A stretch of 63,167 bases of DNA, the filler included, from Globobulimina sp. (lineage: Eukaryota): NCBI GenBank assembly GCA_003354225.1. It is 47 parts of 47 records of this genome, joined end to end, with 100 filler letters (N's around TTAATTAATTAA, not from the genome) between each part and the next. Parts side by side here need not be neighbours in the genome. Positions count along the whole stretch, not along the records: positions 60,578 to 61,822 come from PIVH01020217.1; positions 61,923 to 63,167 come from PIVH01020218.1; 45 more parts are not named here. One strand, 5' to 3'. The position numbers were made by a program, and so were the translations under genes. This document shows, piece after piece, positions 60,911 to 63,167 of the stretch (positions are counted from its first letter, which is position 1; the number at the start of each line of letters is the position of its first letter). The notes under the pieces are model-generated. The model was not told the DNA's origin, did no database searches, and worked only from the letters and a program-made list of their open reading frames with translations.

Positions 60911-61603
60911 ATGTCATTAATTTTAAATATAGAAACTGCTACAGAAGTTTGCTCGGTATCATTGGCAAAGGACGGGAAATTAATTGCTTTAAAAGAAAAT
61001 ACAGAAGGCCTAAAACATGCATCGCTTTTAACAGTATTTATTGAGGAAATATTTAAGGAAAATGGGCCTTCTGTAAATGAATTAGACGCTATTGCTGTAA
61101 GCAAAGGCCCAGGATCATACACAGGTTTGCGAATTGGTGTTTCAGCAGCTAAAGGGCTAGCCTACGCAGGAGGTATTCCGTTAATTGCCATAAACACCTT
61201 GCAGGCTTTGGCTTTTGGAATTGCAAAACAAAATACTTTGGAAAAAAATACCTGGCTTTGCCCAATGATAGATGCTCGCCGAATGGAGGTATATACCGCC
61301 TTTTTTGATTTTGAAAACAAACAACAAAAAGAAATATCAGCTGATATTATTGATGTAAATTCCTACAGTGATGTTCTAAAACAAAGGAAAGTTGTATTTT
61401 TTGGCAATGGTGCCGATAAATGCAAGGAAACTATACAATCGACTAATGCCATGTTCATTGATAATGCTTTTTGTTCTGCAAAAGAAATGGTAGAATTATC
61501 TTATAAGGCATTTAAAAATAAGCAATTTGAAGATGTTGCCTACTTTGAACCTTTCTATTTGAAAGATTTTGTTGCTACGGTTCCTCGTAAAAATATATTT
61601 TAG
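60911..61603 (+). CDS. tsaB: tRNA t6A biosynthesis protein TsaB (YeaZ), Bacteroidota-type
   Basis: ILNIETAT..CSV, H...L, GPGSYTGLRIG, PMIDARRMEVY, F.DVAYFEPFYLKDF. Confidence 0.96.
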   Translation: MSLILNIETATEVCSVSLAKDGKLIALKENTEGLKHASLLTVFIEEIFKENGPSVNELDAIAVSKGPGSYTGLRIGVSAAKGLAYAGGIPLIAINTLQALAFGIAKQNTLEKNTWLCPMIDARRMEVYTAFFDFENKQQKEISADIIDVNSYSDVLKQRKVVFFGNGADKCKETIQSTNAMFIDNAFCSAKEMVELSYKAFKNKQFEDVAYFEPFYLKDFVATVPRKNIF

Positions 61604-61659
61604 TACCCGCAAAAATTACGAAGTACACATTGTTCAAAAGTTATCGGCTTACCAATAGC

Positions 61660-61822
61660 TTATTTTGAATTTTCAGTTGCTTTTTGAACCAACAAATCAA
61701 ATTCAGGAAGATTTCTTAGTTCTTCAAAATAACCAATCGTCTGTAGCTTACTTACATTATAATAACCATAACTAACAGCTGTTTGCAAGTGTTGCATGGC
61801 CATCTTTGACTGCTCATCCATA
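61660..61822 (-). CDS. Bacterial TPR protein C-terminal cap
   Basis: L..AV..GY.....L.....F..LR..PEF..L. Confidence 0.6.
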
Positions 61823-61922
61823 NNNNNNNNNNNNNNNNNNNNNNNNNNNNNNNNNNNNNNNNNNNNTTAATTAATTAANNNNNNNNNNNNNNNNNNNNNN
61901 NNNNNNNNNNNNNNNNNNNNNN

Positions 61923-62575
61923 TCTCCGATTTTGACAATTCTGTACTACTATGTGCAATTTTTTTGGTTGTATCTTTTTATATGACTGTAATATTCTATC
62001 CTTAGAGTTAAATGACATGGGTTTTAATTATACATCACATAGCAACTACACTTATATGTTTCTGCGTATTTGAAGGCATTGATGACATCGAGCCATATGT
62101 ATCAAGAGTTTTTATTGTTGTTTTTGGCTTTCTTTTGACATCTCAATGGATATTATATGCGGCCTCTGTTTTTTATTATTTATCGCCGAAAGAAAGTGTC
62201 AAAAGCAGATTATTTTTGTATACAATTGGTATTTGTACGCATGTTTTGTTTACCATTGGTCAGATTTATTGCGGAATAAAATTTAAAATAAATAATGCAG
62301 ACCCTGATGAAAACAGAAAATTAGTTTCATTGATAATCTTTATTATTTTTGAAGTATGCATAATACCAACACAATTAGCATCATTTTATGATTTTTATAT
62401 GATATTTACAAAGAAAATATTAGTAACCACTGTCACAGAAAAAATGGAAATATCAATTGGTGCATTAGGTGTTCCTCAACTTTCAGCTCAGTCTGATGTG
62501 TCTGTTCAGTCTGTTCAGTCACAATGTCCATCGATTAAACCAATTGAAGTAAATCATACGCATCTTTCTGTATAA
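61923..62575 (+). CDS. TLC-like membrane protein (partial)
   Basis: FYMT...IIHH..T pattern, multiple TM helices. Confidence 0.55.
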
Positions 62576-63070
62576 ATGTGTGGTATCTGTCAGATTGCCA
62601 CATGTTGTCCATGGATACCAACATATGTATTTAGTGTACGTGCTGTTGTGTATCAAATAGGAATTTATTTTAGTAAATATTAATTTAGACTGACTTATAG
62701 TTTAGTTTTTTGTTTAATTATTTTTTTTTGCCACCTCAGAAATTTGTAATCTGGAAAATATTTCGAATTACATATCTCTTCAACTAGTTTAATTTGAATG
62801 TGTTTAATTTCGATAAATACAACTTACAAAACATATTTTGTGCATCTTATTGTTTGTTATGTTTTGTAATCTATTTTGTGATGTTCTGTTATTTTGTTTA
62901 GATATTTTTAACTAGCAAAGTTTATAATCTTTTTAATGTTATTTAGATACAATTCATCATACAAACTAGCGTAAAATAAAAAATAGAAACTTTAAAGATA
63001 TATCCCATTAAATAACGGACGGGAAAAATATTGATTGTGGACTGAAAAAATCCAAAGGATTTTCTGAAAA

Positions 63071-63167
63071 GGAAGGATCATATCCTTCCAATATCCTTCC
63101 TATATCCTTGCTATATGTAGCCAAGATATATACCGATGTATCCCAGATGTATCTCAACTATATATCC
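63071..63167. repeat. TATCC motif cluster with 8-bp hairpin
   Basis: GGAAGGAT-CAT-ATCCTTCC followed by repeated TATCC/TATCT motifs to the contig end. Confidence 0.5.

Noticed and set aside
1249..61922. Regularly spaced TTAATTAATTAA palindromes as a biological repeat or CRISPR
   Set aside because: Always embedded in N44 runs; artificial six-frame-stop linker.

Overview
This is not a contiguous locus. It is a pseudomolecule of 47 unrelated short contigs, sorted by length (1248 down to 1245 bp) and joined by an artificial 100-bp spacer (N44-TTAATTAATTAA-N44, stops in all six frames). Adjacency across spacers carries no biological meaning, and ORFs ending in XXX/LIN are truncated. Most contigs come from an AT-rich, intron-rich eukaryote (GT-AG introns of about 35-95 nt). 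The gene families present (H-x-DISLEN kinase, coiled-coil+SAM, Kelch, a Cys-tailed 7TM family, PT-repeat secreted proteins, an ART-like family) resemble those expanded in foraminifera; this assignment is an inference. Mixed in are a Bacteroidota fragment (tsaB), a tailed-phage DNA polymerase fragment and two within-contig bacterial/eukaryote junctions, which point to whole-genome amplification of a cell plus its microbiome. Mobile DNA includes an intron-containing PIF/Harbinger transposase, a non-LTR reverse transcriptase with a roughly 100-aa insertion, a Polinton-type PolB with a spliceosomal intron, several MITE-like or subterminal repeat arrays and a tRNA-derived element. No complete novel multi-gene system can be shown from 1.2-kb fragments. 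The best leads are the ADP-ribosyltransferase-like family, a GGDEF domain in eukaryote-like context, the intron-bearing Polinton PolB, the RT insertion, a 70-bp GAA-hairpin array and identical introns in tandem NDK repeats.
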